Positions 12,660 through 26,253 of a stretch of 56,413 nucleotides of DNA are shown one piece after another. Position 1 is the first letter of the stretch. Each line of letters starts with the position of its first letter. Source of the stretch: Chiloscyllium plagiosum (Eukaryota). The stretch lies in NCBI RefSeq assembly GCF_004010195.1, contig NC_057755.1:2183803-2240215 (forward strand), read 5' to 3'. The notes beneath the pieces are model-generated. The model was not told where the DNA came from. It did no database searches and saw only the letters and a program-made list of their open reading frames with translations. Made by a program: the position numbers and the translations under genes.

Positions 12660-13935
12660 GTCATTTGACATTTTGGGAATTACATCAGCAATACATTAAA
12701 TTTTCCAGTAATATGTATGACCTTTATACGAAATGGTGCAACAGAAGACTCCGTTAGGATAGTCTTGCATTCTTCATCTGAAACTTTTCAATGAAAGCCA
12801 GTGGAATATGATCAGTGCATTTCAGTGTCCTTTGTCTGCAAAGTGTTGAATAGCCAACAGCAAACCCAAAGCAATATTTTTTCCTCTGGGACAGAATTTT
12901 TTTCCTATGACTGATGTTTCAAAGAGAAGTATCCAATAGGTTTTTCCATTCCCGATTCATCGTCCTGGAAGAAGACAGCATGCAGCCCCAAGTCAACAGC
13001 ATCAACCATTATTTTGAAATGTCGGGAAAACTCAGGGATGTTCAACACAGGTTCATTGATTCAAATTGCCTTCTATCATCGGCCAGGCCAGACCGCATCC
13101 AAACACATCAAGGAAGTAGCCCAGAACTTAACTTTGCTCCTTGTTTTAAGGAGGTGTAGAGTGGATATTCCAGAAGGGATGCAGCTGGTTAAGCAAAACA
13201 GAATTTATTTGCAACATTACCCAATAATACACATTCAAAAGAGAGCAGAACACAGAATCACGTAACCTTTCTGAAAACACAACAGACTATCCGAATGTAA
13301 TGATCCTGTTCCAAGTTCCTGCAACAAACCCCCACCACCCCTTGTCACAAAATACAGGGTCTAACAGGAGATAGGGAGATGACAGGGGGATTCAGCATGG
13401 AACTCCTTCTTCCGTGCAGCTGTTTCTTTAATCAGCAGCTTCAAACTGGCTGCCTGCTTTCAGTGAACAGCCAGACTGCTAAGAAAAATACAAGCCAAAC
13501 CAAACCAAAGAAAAGCTGAGCTGGGAGAACTATCCATTCCCCTTTCATTGTACAAGTGTTTTTTTTTAACCTTGGCAGCCTTTTATTCATGAGGCAGTAT
13601 CTGTAAGCTCTAATCAAATTCGGTCTAAAACCCTTCAAACCTAGACTTTTCGAAATGGCTGATTTTACAATCTCTCTGAAAGAAAAGCCAACGATAGCAT
13701 AAGCTGGTTAAAGCAACAGTTTCTTCACACTTCATTCTTTCAAAGGCAGCACTCGTTCTGATATTCGAACCATTTTTGGTTGTTTGCTTCATAAGTTTGT
13801 TAAAAGCACAACTATCTTGTAAAAATTATGTATAAATTTCCAGCAAACTCTGACATATCTAAACAATCTACAAATTTCTGATTTAGTTTCAGGAAGAAGA
13901 AATTCTATTCGAGCCTTCACTTTCGCTGTCCTTGT
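12660..13935 (-). mobile_element. Gypsy (Gmr1-like) pol fragment, RT C-terminus to RNase H, interrupted by a solo LTR
   Basis: AKVKARIEFLLPETKSEICRLF...LTNL, then INEPVLNIPEFSRHFKIMVDAVDLG...PIGYFS...LLAIQHF...DHIPL...IADV. Confidence 0.85.
13074..13729 (-). mobile_element. Solo LTR (656 bp) with 4-bp TSD
   Basis: Begins TGTG and ends TGATA on the minus strand; TSD CTTC at 13070-13073 and 13730-13733. The 3' part is homologous to the LTR ending at 30554, and the pol frame rejoins across it. Confidence 0.85.
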
Positions 13936-14041
13936 CAATTTCTGTGTCGGTATATGTATAGCTGCATGTGTTTGTTTCTGGATGTATCTCTGCATGTCTG
14001 GATGTGTGTGTCCATGTGTTCATGTATGGGTGCCTGTGTCT

Positions 14042-14260
14042 GGGGTGGCACGGTGTCTCAGTGGCTCAGTAGTTAGCGCTGCTGCTCACAGCACCAGGAA
14101 CCCGAGTTCAATTTCCTTGGTTCCTCAGGTGACTGTCTGTGTGGAGTTTGCACGTTCTCCCCGTGTCTGTGTGAGTTTCCTCCGGCTGATCTGGTTTCCT
14201 CCCACAATTCAAAGATGTGCAGATCAGCTGAATTGACCATACTAAATTGCCTATAGCATT
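14042..14260 (+). mobile_element. HE1-like SINE, 3'-truncated
   Basis: gggtggcacgg...gtggctcagtagttagcgctgctg head and gactgtctgtgtggagtttgcac core. Confidence 0.85.
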
Positions 14261-14266
14261 CAAGGA

Positions 14267-15255
14267 AGTGTACAAACCAAAAAATAATGCACAACACCAG
14301 ATTTTAATCCAACAGCACTAGCTTTCAGAGCACTGCTCCATCATTAGGTGGTTATGGACTATGAGATTGCAAGACACAGAATTTACAGCAAAAGTTTAGA
14401 CTGTGTTGTAACTGAAATTATATGTTGAAAAAGACATGGATTATTTGTTAAGTCTCTCATCTTTATGAATGACCATGTTGATTTCAGTTCTTTCATATGC
14501 AAATAGCAAAACTGTTTTAAACGTGACATTCTCAAGTGAAATTTAACAATAGGTGCCATATTGGCCCAGATAACGCATTGAAGGTGTGAGGCTGTCTGTG
14601 CCCCAATGTTCATACTGATTCTAATCTAAAAAAAGGGCTTTACAGAAACTTGCATGGATTCATCCAGTTTCTGAGCAAAATAGATTAATAGTTCTTCACG
14701 TACAATTCATCTCACAATCTTACATGTGGAGGTGTGTGTATGTGAGAGAGGGAGTAAGAGTGTCTGTGAGAGAGTGTGCATATGTGTTTGTGTGTGAGTG
14801 CAAGTGTAAAGGGGTATAAGTCTGTGAGAGGGTGCGTGTAAGTGTGGATGTGCATGTGTGAGCATATGAGAGAGAGCTTGTGTATGAGAGAGGGTCTGTG
14901 TGAGTGTATGGGTCTGTAGGAGTGTGTGTGTATATGTGTGTGCAATACAGTGAGGTAATCTGTCGTGTGACATGAACACAAGATCCCAGTTGAGGCCATC
15001 CTCATGGGTACTGAACTTGGCCATCAGCCTCTGCTCAGCCACTTAGCGTTGTTGCATTGGAGGACGGTCACCTGAAGGTCCGAGATCGAATGTCCCGGAC
15101 CACTGAAGTGTCCTCCGACTGGAAGGGAACACTCCTGTCTGTTGATTATTCTGCAGTGTCCATTCATCCGTTGCTGTAGCCTCTGTTAAGGTCTCGACAA
15201 TGTACCAGGCCTCAGGGCATCCTTGCATGCAGCATATGAGATAGGCAAGCATCTC
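14267..15255 (-). mobile_element. Penelope-like element 3' part: GIY-YIG endonuclease remnant and 3' repeat with degenerate hammerhead
   Basis: YLICCMQGCPEAWYIVET, frameshift, then QRMNGH...LPVGGHF...AEQRLMAKFSTHEDGLN. CA-rich 3' UTR; CTAATGAtggagcagtgctctGAAAGCTA at about 14318-14348. Confidence 0.85.
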
Positions 15256-15733
15256 CACACCCATGGAGAAGGACTGACAAGGAGGAAGTGGGAGGAGGCA
15301 AGAGGTGACTCAGGCCATGGCCGTGAGGTGAGGCTCCCTCAGGAGGAGGAATCATCAACCACTTTCTGAATGAATGAAACCAGTGTATTTTTCAGAGAAA
15401 TGTCCCACGGGGCCACTCCTATGTGTCACACATAGGCACACGCTTCATGACCAACTTATCTGTTTACATTACGACTTTCATAGAACTGTGGTCCTCCAAA
15501 TCTGGATACCCTGTATGTCAATGCTTCTAAAAGTTTTGAGTTTTACTGTATACCTCCTTCATTCATTAGATCTTCCAAAATGATTCACCTTGTGTATGTG
15601 CATGTTAAATTCCAAATACCATTTCACTGCCCAAGTCTTCAGTCGATTTACATCCCTCTGTATCTTCTGGCAATCCTCCTCACTATCCACAGTTTCCCCA
15701 ATCTTTGTGTCATCTGCCAAATTACTAACCAAA

Positions 15734-16440
15734 TGTTATGAAGCACTGTACATTTAAGAAAGCTAAAAGCTAGCAGAACTACCTAACAGCACCAAGTGAC
15801 CTCAATAAGATACAATGTAACATTTTGATTCTGTAGCTAGCGTAGATGGTTGCCTGGAGACAAAAACAAATTCGAATTAGGTCAATCACTTTGAACTATA
15901 CCCCCCCAAAAAAACCCCAAAACCAATCAAGTTTGAATTTAGTATATTGACAATATTAAATGCCGATGACAATCCGATGCTTTGAGTGTAGAAGACCGGG
16001 AACAATTGAACAGTTGGGGTAGAACTGCCAAGCCCCCAGCACATACAGACTGCCGGAAACACAGCTCACTTAATGGTACATTTATCTTTCAATGACCTGT
16101 GAAAGAATGAAAATCTCCAGAGAAAGATTCAAAGAGAAGACTCGACAGGTGCCTGGTTTTGAAATTTGAATTTTTGTTCGATGTTAATCGGGATTTTTAT
16201 TGGACTAGTATTATAGAAGGGAAAGTAAAAGATAGGTTAGAGGAAAGAGTTGTAAATAGTTGTTAATTAATTATTCTCTGTTATACTTTAAGGAATAAAG
16301 TTGTTACTTTTTTACTTGAACTCGTTCTTGGTCTCTCAAATTTCACAGATTACCACACGGGGTAAATCTTTTCTGTGTTGCTGCTTTAAATTAGGAGGGA
16401 AAGGTGGGGGCGGAATGGGGGTTTAGCCTGGGGAGTAACA
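15734..16440 (+). mobile_element. Solo LTR (about 707 bp) inserted in an old LINE fragment
   Basis: TGTTA...TAACA termini and AATAAA at about 16294; LINE-like sequence resumes on both sides. The TSD is not clean. Confidence 0.7.
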
Positions 16441-16664
16441 CAGTTCACTTGCTTTCTCTTCCAAATCATTTATTTTACTCCGAAACAAGGAAGGCTCTCC
16501 AGTCAGTAAAACATCATTTCCCTGCTAATGTCTTTCAGTTTAAACACTCCTCAGGAACATTCCCTTTCACCCACAAAAACCGTGCTGACAAATGGCACCT
16601 TTCTAAACTAAAAACCTGTCTCCACATGGTCCATATCCCTCGATTCCATTATCATTTACCTTGT

Positions 16665-19600
16665 GAGTCTGCAGCCTCCATTTTTGCAGGAGGAGCGGTG
16701 AGAGGACACGCTGAGCAGGGGTGGATGTGGGAGGCTTAGTAAGTGAAGTAATATATTTGGGTGTTTGCTTTACTCAAAGTATCTCCCACACATCCTCTTC
16801 GTTTAACCAAAAAAAAGGTTTCTGAGTGCCATTTGATGAGGTTACTAGTTTGCTTTTCAATAGTCTCTTTGGGAATTTAGAATAGTGGGAATGGTCGTTC
16901 GGGCAATTGCATGCCCCACCTGTAGATACAGGAGGTAATAGTATTGACTAGTATCCCTGCTGACATCATCTGCGGGAAGTCCACCCAACTCCAACTCTCA
17001 CAATCTGCATTAGGGAACTGGAGCTGGAGCTGGATGAACTTCAGATCGTTTGGGTGGCTGAGGGAGTAATTGAGAGGAGTTACCGGAAGGTAGTCACATA
17101 TCAGGTGGAGGAAGAATGTAGATAGTTTTCAGTCTGGGGACGGAAAGGGAACAGGCAGATAATGCAGGGATCCTCCTGTGGCCTTTCCCCTGTATACGAC
17201 TACATCATTTTCAGTACTGTTGGGAGGGGGTAATCCATGGGGTGCAGGTCTCTGGCACAGAGTCTGTCTCTGTTGCACAGAATGGAAAGGGCAATAGGTG
17301 CAGAGCATTAGTCATTGGGGACTCCAAAGTTAGGGGGACAGATAGGAGGTTATGTGGGAATGAAAGAGACTCATGACTGGTGAGTTGCCTCCCTTGTACC
17401 AGGGTCTGTGATGTCTCGGATCGTGTTTTCGGTATCCTTGAGGCGGAGGGGGTGCAGCCACAGTCGTGGTGCACATAGGTACCAACGACATAGGTAGGAA
17501 AAAGGTTGGGGATTTAGGGCAGAAACGTAGGGAACTAGGGTATAAGCTTAAAGCGAGAACAATCGGAGTTGTTATCTCTGGTTTGTTAGCTGTGCCATGT
17601 GCTAGTGACGCACGGAAGAGGGAGAGTGAGGAGTTGAACACGTGGCTACAGGGATGGTGGAGGAGGTAGGGTTTCGGATAACTGGATAATTGGGACTCAT
17701 TCTGGGAAGCTGGCACCTCCACAAACAGGTTTGTCTACACCTGAACCAGAAGGGTAGCAATATCCTGGCGAGGTGGGGGTGGTGAGGTTTGGTAATGCAG
17801 TTTGGGAGGATTTAAACTAATTCCACAGGGGAATGGCAACTGGAATTGTAGCTCCATTGTGCAGGAGATTGAGAGTAGTGAAGTCATGAATAAGGTTTCA
17901 GGGTCGCAGGAGTGTACTAGCAGGAGGAAGGTTGTTTGAATTGTTTCGATTTGAATGCTTCTGAAATAAGGTGGGTGAATCTGCAGCATGGGTTCGTACC
18001 TGGGACTGCGATGTTGTGGCCGTTTTGGAGACGTGGATGTAACAGCGACAGGAATGGATGTTGCAGGTTCTGGTGTTAAGGTGTTTCAGTAAGAACAGGG
18101 AAGGAGGTGAAAGAGGTGATTGTGTGGCATTGTTAATCAAGGACAGTCTTATGATGGCAGAAAGGACGTTTGATGAGGACTTGTCTATTGAGGTAGTGTG
18201 GGCTGAGGTTAGAAACAGGAAACGAGATATTACCCTGTTGGGAGTTTTCTCTAGGTTTCCAAAATGTTCCAGAGATGTAGAGCAAAGGACTGCAAATATG
18301 ATTCTGGAAAGTACTGAAAGTAACAGGTTAGTTGTTATGGGGATTTTACATTCCTAATATTGACTGGAAACGCTATGGTTCGAGTACTGTAGATAGGACA
18401 TAGAACATAGAAAAATACAGCGCAGTACAGGCCCTTTGGCCCTCGATGTTGCGCCGATCCAAGCCCACCTAACCTACACTAGCCCACTATCCGCCATATG
18501 CCTATCCAATGCCCGTTTAAATGCCCATAAAGAGGGAGATTCCACCACTGCTACAGGCAGGGCATACCATGGACTCACGACTCGCTGAGTAAAGAATCTA
18601 CACCGAACATCTGTCCTATACTTACCACCCCTTAATTTAAAGCTATGCCCCCTCGTAATAGCTGACTCCATTCGTGGAAAATGGTTCTCATTGTCAACCC
18701 TGTCTATTCCACTAATCACCTTGTACACCTCAATCAAGTCACCCCTAAACCTTCTTTTCTCCAATGAAAACAGCCCCAAGTGCCTCAGACTTTCCTCATA
18801 CGATCTTACTACCATACCAGGCAACATCCTGGTAAACCTCCTCTGCACCCGTTCCAGTGCCTCCACATCCTTCCTATAGTATGGCGACCAAAACTGCACA
18901 CAATACTCCAGATGCGGTCGCACCAGAGTCTTATACAACTGCAACATGACCTCAGGGCTCCGGAACTGAATTCCTCTACCAATAAAAGCCAGTACGCCAT
19001 ATGCCTTCTTCACCGCACTATTCACCTGGGTGGCAACTTTCAGAGATCTGTGTACATGGACACCAAGATCCCTCTGCTCATCCACACTACCAAGTATCCG
19101 ACCATTAGCCCAGTACCCCGTCTTTTTGTTATTCTTACAAAAGTGAATCACCTCACACTTACCTACATTGAACTCCATTTGCCACCTTTCTGCCCAGATC
19201 TGTAACTTATGTATATCCCGCTGTAACCTGACACATCCTTCCTCACTGTCAACAACTCCACCGACTTTCGTATCATCCGCAAACTTGCTCACCCAACCTT
19301 CTAGCCCCTTCTCCAGGTCATTTATAAAACTGACAAACAGCAATGGTCCCAAAACAGATCCTTGCGGAACACCGCTAGTAACTGCACTCCAAGATGAACC
19401 TTTACCATCAACTATTACCCTCTGTCTTCTTCCAGCCAGCCAATTCCTAATTCAAACCTTCAACTCACCCTCAATGCCATACCTCCGTATGTTTTGCAGT
19501 AGCCTACCATGGGGAACCTTATCAAACGCCTTACTATGATCCATATACACCACATCTACCGCTTTACCCTCGTCTACCTCCTTAGTCACCTTCACAAAGA

Positions 19601-21810
19601 ATTCAGTAAGGTTTGTGATGCACGACCTGCCCTTCACAAAACCATGCTGACTATCCGTGATCACATTATTCCTATCCAGATGTTCATAAATCATATCCCT
19701 TACAATTCTCTCTAAGACTTTGCCCACAACAGAGATGAGACTCACCGGCCTATAGTTAGTAGGGTTGTCCCTACTCCCCTTCTTGAACAAGGGAACCACA
19801 TTTGCTATCATCCAGTCTACTGGCACTATTCCTGTAGACAACTAGGACATAAAAATCAAGGCCAATGGCTCTGCAATCTCCTCCCTTGCTTCCCAGAGAA
19901 TCCTAGGATAAATGCCATCAGGCCCAAGGGACTTATCTATTTTCACCCTTTCCCGAATTTCCAACACCTCTTCCATACTTACCTCAAAGCTGCCCATTCT
20001 AATTAATTGTGACTCATTATTCCCATCGGCAACAATGTCCTGTTCCTGAGTGAATACTGACGAAACGTATTCATTCAGTGTCTCCCCAATCCCTTCAGCC
20101 TCCACACGCAACTTCCCACTACTATCCTTGAGTGGACCTATTCCTACCCCAGTCATTCTTTTATTCCTGACATACCTATAGAAAGCCTTAGGGTTTTCCC
20201 TAATCCTACCAACTAAGGACTTTTCATGTCCCCTCCTTGCTGCTCTTAGCTCTCTCTTCAGATCCTTCCTGGCTACCTTATAACTCGCAATCGCCCCAAT
20301 TGAACCTTCACGCCTCATCTTTACATTGGCCGCCCACTTCCATTTCACAAGGGATTCCAATTCCTTATTAAATCACGGCTCCCTCACACCACCCTTTCCT
20401 CCCTGCCTCACAGGTTCATACTGTCAGGTTCACTTATTGCCCAATGTGTACCGGAGAGTTTTCTGACTCAATATGTAGCTAGGCCAACAAAGGGTGAAGC
20501 CACATTGTATTTGGTATCAGGTAATGAAACAGGCCAGGTGTTAGATTTGGAGCTACGTGAGCTCATTGGTGATAGTGACCACAATTCACTTATGTTTACT
20601 TTAGGGATAGGAATAGACATTTATAGCAGGGCAAGAGTTATAACTGGGAGAAAGGCAAATATGATGCGATTAGACAAGATTTAGGATGCATAGGATGGGA
20701 AGGGAAACTGCAAGGGGTGGGAACTATTGAAAAATGGTGCTTGTTCAAGGAACAGCTACTGCGTGTCCTTGATAAGTATGTACCTGTCAGGCAGGAAGAA
20801 GTATTCGAATGAGGGAACGACGATTTAGTAAAGACATTGACGTCCTTTTCAAGAGGAAGGAGACTTACATTAACATCAGACATGAATGCTCATTTAAGGT
20901 GCTTGAGTATTACAAGTTAGCCAGGAAGGACCTAAACATAGAATTAAGAAGAGCCAGGAGGGGACATGATAAGTCTTTCACAAGTAGAATCAAAGAAAAA
21001 CCTAAAACTTTCTATAGGTATGTCAGGAATAAAAAAAATGACTAGAGTAAGGTTAGGGCCTGTCAATGACAGTAATGGGACGTTGGGCGTGGAGTCTGAA
21101 GAGATAGGTGCAGCGCTCAGTGAATGTGTTTCATCAGTATTCACACAGGAAAAAGAAAATGTTGTCGAGGAGAATACGGAGATACAGGGTATTAGACTAG
21201 ATGGATTGATGTTCACATGCATGAGGTGTTAGCAGTTCTCGAAAGTGTCAAAATAGATAAGCCCCCTGGGCTGGATGATATTTATCCGAGAATTGTCTGC
21301 TAAAACAAGTAAGAGATTTCAGAGCCTTTGGCTTTGATCTTCTTGTCGTCATTGTCCACAGGAATAGTGCCAGAAGACTGGAGGATAGCAAATGTTGTTC
21401 ACTTGTTCAAGTAGGGATAGCAGAGACAGCCCTGGTTATTATAGACCTGTCAGCATACTTCAGTTGTGGGTAAAGTGTTGGAAATGATTATAAGAGATAG
21501 AATTTATAATTATCTAGAAAGTAATAATTTCATTAGGGATAGTCAACACGGTTTTGTGAAAGGTAGGTCATGCCTCACAAACTTTAGTGAGTTCATTGAC
21601 AAGGTGACCAAACAGGTGAATGAGAGTAACGCAGTTGATGCGGTGCCTATGGATTTCAGTAAAACATTTGATCAGGTTCCCCATGGTATTTCAGAAAATA
21701 CAGAGGCATGCGATTGTGGGTGAATTAGGGCTTGGATCAGAAATTGGCTCGCTGAAAGAAGACAGAGGGTGGTGGTTGATGGGAAATGTTCATCCTGGAG
21801 TTCAGTTACT
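16665..21810 (+). mobile_element. Near full-length CR1 LINE (ORF1 zinc finger and SGNH esterase; ORF2 APE and RT N-terminal half), interrupted and 3'-truncated
   Basis: ALVIGDSKVRGTDRR and VHIGTNDIG (ORF1 esterase); CVALLIKDS and VVMG (APE); QHGFVKGRSCLTN (RT). Split by the CR1 at 18394-20422 and cut at the L1 5' end. Confidence 0.9.
18394..20422 (-). mobile_element. Young 5'-truncated CR1 with nearly intact RT, nested antisense in the older CR1
   Basis: ORFs 19842-20360, 19452-19841 and 18474-19352 (NYRPVSL, KAFDKVPH, KFADDTKVGG, RPHLEYCVQFW); (TTCTATG)n tail at 18394-18412. Confidence 0.95.
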
Positions 21811-24800
21811 CGTGTATAGTGGCGTATAGTGGGATTTCCAAGATGGCGGTGGTCTCAGTGGTCTGCTGTGCCGAGCTCTGTGCCATATTCCCTGGCAAGG
21901 TGGACTTTTACCCTCCTCGTTAACCACTCCGAGGAGAAAAAAGTTGCTTACTGTACATCTGGAGCTGCTAAACTTGTGCTGTGACAGCTTTAAGACCAGA
22001 ATGAAAACAAATAAAGGAAAGGGGCCGAAAGGAGTGCAGCAAGCAAGCCACTCCCCTACTATATCGGGGCTGCCTGCAGCCAATGCTCAAACTCCTTTGC
22101 GGCCCCTTTGGATTTCATGGGGCAGCAGCAATTACTCTCGGAGTTTGCTATATTCCAGGAAAAGACTGAAGCAGTTGTGAACCACTATCTGCCACACTGA
22201 AAAAACATGAGCAGGAAATTGAACTGTTGGACCAAAGAGTAGAGGCAGTGCAGGAGAAGACCGCGGCGTTGGAGAGAATGGCGGAGGTCTCGGGAGGAAT
22301 GATCCAAACGCTAGAAGACCACGTTCGTGCACTTCAGGAGAAAGTGGATGACCTGGAAAATAAAAATATAAGAAAAGTCTTCCGACTCATCGGTCTTCCG
22401 AAACAGGGGGAATGCGAAGACCTCGTCGGTTTCCTGGAGATGGAGCTCCCGAAATTCCTGGGACTGGAGTCGGCGTCGGGCCTGCTGAGTGTGCAGCGGG
22501 CCCACTAGATTACAATGCGTAGGTCTGGGTCGGACATGTGTCCTCGTGCGGTCCTAGTGACACTCCTGCATTGCAAAGAAAAATAGTTAGTGATTGAAAC
22601 AGCAAGAAGACTGGGAAGAGGTCCACAGGCTTTAATATACAAAGGCTCAAGACTAATGTCAGGAGTTCCTAGCAGCCTTAATTAGGAAGAGAAGGGCATT
22701 TGATGAAGTTAAGAGAAAATAAATGGACCTGAACATTCGATATTCCTTGAGGTAGCCAGCTGTGTTATGTTTTAATCATGGTGGGACGGTATATAATTTT
22801 GATTCTGCACAAAAAGCGAAGGACTTTGTGAATTCTCTGAATTAAAGGACTCTGTTCAGGCTGGCGGGGGCGACAGCGTCATTACGGACAATGGTATGGG
22901 TTTTATTTTGCCCCTTTTCTCCGCTCTATCATTTTTTTTTTGCGGTTGTCAGCTTCATACATACTGCCTTGATGTAAAATTGGAATTGCTTTGTATATCA
23001 GTCGGTCGGGTATTATCTGAGTATTACCTTTTTTTAACTGCTGTTTTTCGGATTTTTTTGGATTGGAGGCGGCTATACCTGTGGTTGAGTTGAGTGTTGG
23101 TGGGGGTGTTGTTAAATCACAGAATATAAATACCAGGTTTTCCTCGTTCGTGAATTGCCTCGGGCAAGGACACGGCCTCAGCTGGAGGGAGTTGGGATGG
23201 CAGCAAGGATTGGGAGGTGCGCTCCCTATGGCCAAAGGGGAAGATCTCTAATGAATTGGGGGTTATTTGGGTGTTTGCTTCAGTTAAATGTCGTGGTTAG
23301 TTTTTTTTTGTTCTAGTAGCTTTATAAGACTAGATTTTAGACTTTATAGAGCTAATCTCTTTGTAGCTCCTCACACCTCAAGATAAGCTTCCTTCTCTTG
23401 GAAAACCACAGGCTGCCCTGGATTACCATGGCTAGTGATTTGTTGGAGTGGTGCACCTGGAATGTAAACGGGAGCCATTCCCCCATTAAAAGAAAGAAGG
23501 TGCTCTCAATTTTTATGAAGGAAAGGGTGGACAGGAGATGCATTTAACTGATAAGGAATATATGAAGTGCAGCAGGGGGTTATTAATAGGGTATTATTCT
23601 CCTCCTTTAGCTCTTAGAGTAGAGGAGTGGTTGTACTGGTAAGAAGTAACCTCCCTTTCCAGTTAACTGAGCAAATTAATTAAACACATAGGCGGATCAT
23701 CATTCTTAAAGCTGTGATATGTGGAGAAGAGAATAACGTCCTGAATGTGATTGTTCCCCCGACGCACCATCTTAAATTTCTAATTGATTTTGTCAATAGA
23801 TTAATGATTCATGGAGTGTGCCACATGATCATGCGGGGCGCGGGGAGGGTGGGATTTTAATCACCTAATAGATTTCAAGTTAGCCAGGGTGCCAAGGGGC
23901 CTGTCAGGTATACCACACAATCTAATCAGTTGGTGGACATGTGTGAGGAGTTGGGATTAATGGATGGGTGGAGGCATCTCCACCATAATGGAAGAGATGT
24001 TGCTTTCTATTCCAACCCACACAAGTGCCATACGTGAATTGACTCTTTTTTTATGACATCGGATTGTTTGGACAGAACATTGGCATGCAAAATTGTGAAT
24101 CCAGCTGTCTTGGAACATATACCAGTGTATGTAGCTGTTAAAATCAAGGATGGTGGAATGGATGCACGGTACTGGCACATAGACCCTTTCCTGTTAAGGG
24201 ATGGCAAATTCGTTAAGTACATCACAAGAGAGATCAGGGCCTTCTGGGATATCGACTCGAGTGTGGTCAGTAATCCGCAATACTTTGGGAGGCCACTAAG
24301 GCATACTTTAAGGGCCTCATCATTTCACATTCAACGACTAGAAGGAGGCAGAGGGAGGAGCAGCAGCGGATGCTGGAGACCCGGCTGCAGATAGCTGAGG
24401 AAGTATATTTTAATAAGCATTCTTTGGTCAAGCTGCAGCAGGTCACATGCCTCTGGCCTGCTCGTGACTCATTGTACACACATGTGGCAAAGAAAGGAAA
24501 CCTCCTTCACGAAACATAGACTGTTTGAAATTGGAGATAATCAAGGTAGATACCTGGGATATCTGGCGAGAAAGAAAAATGCTTCCCAATGCATTATGTC
24601 TGTTAGAGAGAAGGCTGTCACGGTTACCGGTGAGTTGAAGATCAATGTTAGATTTAGGGAATACTTCACTGAGCTATATCGGTTGGAGGTAGGTAAACGT
24701 GGTGCAGCGAGAATGCAGCCCGCTTTTGAGAAGATGGACCTCCCCAGTATAAACGCGGAACAGATTTCCTTGTTGAATGCGCCTGTGAAAGTACAGGAAA

Positions 24801-26200
24801 TGCAGGAAACAATAAAGTATCAGGGACATCAACTCGGGTACGGTCAGTAATCCGGCAATAGTTTGGGAGGCAAAGCACCGGGACCTGATAGGTTTGCAAG
24901 TGAATTTTATAAGGAATTCTCAAATGTGTTTGTGCAGCCACTTCTGGGGGTGGAATGCTATTCTTATACACAGGATTGTCTGCCACGCTCTCTTAGGGAG
25001 GCTAATATCTCCCTAATTTTCAAGAGAGGGAAAGAGCCCAAAGAATGTGCTTCATACAGACCCATTTCAATGTGGAACGTAGATTTTAAAATTCCACCCA
25101 AGATGCTGGCTCTGAGATTGGAAAAGTTCCTGTCCCATATTATAGAAGATCAGACGGGTTTTATCAAGGGATGAAACTCCCCCAACAACATCAGGAGGGT
25201 ATTGAATATAGTGCAGGTATTCCAGCAAAGATTGATCCCGGGTTTGGTGGTCTCCCTGGATGCCAAAAAGGGATTTAACTGGATAGAATGGCCGTAACTG
25301 TTTGGGGTCCGGGAGTGCTTTGATCTGGGGTGATGTTTGGTCAGATGGATGGTAGTATTGCATAACTATCCTAAGGCAGCCATCATTTCAAATGGCACTA
25401 AGCCAGATAACTTTAGTATTGGGAGAGCTAGTCGACAGCAGTGTCCTCTTTCACCGCTGCTGTGTACCTTGGCAATTGAGCCGTTAGCTGAGGTTATCAG
25501 GAGGGATTCTGAAGTAGTGGCTCCAGGGGCTGGAACAGGGGACCATAAGATCACTCCATATGCTGATTATGTCCATTTTTTCATGGCCAATTCAGAGTAG
25601 TTCGTTCCTCGATAATTCAAACAATTGATTTATTTGGCAGTTTTTCAGAGTACAAGATCAACTTTACAAAATCAGAAGCCATGCCGGTGGGGGGGATTAG
25701 TGGAGGTTCCTGATCTGAATGATGGAATGCAGTTCCTGTTCAGATCGTCATCACAATGTTTTTAGTATTTGGGAATCTTTATTACCCCTACCTTCCACCA
25801 GCTGTATAAAGCTAACTATGTACAACTATTGAAGAGGATAAAACAGAATTTGCAGCGGTGGGAGGGATTACCGATATCATGGTTCGGCTGAATAGCCCTG
25901 ATTAAAATGAACGTTCTTCCTCGCCTGCTGTACTCAATGAGAATGCTCCTGTCGTTGCTGCCCAGACGAGTGTTACCATGGCTCAATGGTCGGTTATGGT
26001 CCTTTAGTTATGTGCCACAGGCGCCCCCTAATTACCAAATTGCAGCTCCTGAAGGGTGAAAGAGGGGTGGACCTTCTGGACTTGAAGAGATATCAAATAA
26101 ACGCCCTGTTTGCATATGTTGGAGACTGGGTACGGGGGGAATTTGGAGTTGATCTGGCTTGATGTTGAAACCTCACAGTCAAGATATCCCTAGTTAATTT
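21811..26200 (+). mobile_element. L1-clade LINE (ORF1 about 22001-22843; ORF2 from 23428), decayed and missing its 3' end
   Basis: ORF1 coiled coil LQEKVDDLENKNIRKVFRLIGLP; ORF2 MASDLLEWCTWNVNGSHSPIKRKKV, KAPGPDRF, SYRPISMWNVDFKI, QCPLSPLL, YADY and KMNVLPRLLY. Confidence 0.92.
21839..21849 (+). promoter_or_regulatory. YY1-type motif at the L1 5' end
   Basis: CAAGATGGCGG within about 30 nt of the element start. Confidence 0.55.
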
Positions 26201-26253
26201 ATATGTCCCCTGGCCTCCTCTGAGGAGCTTCATTTATTCATAAAGCAAAAAAA

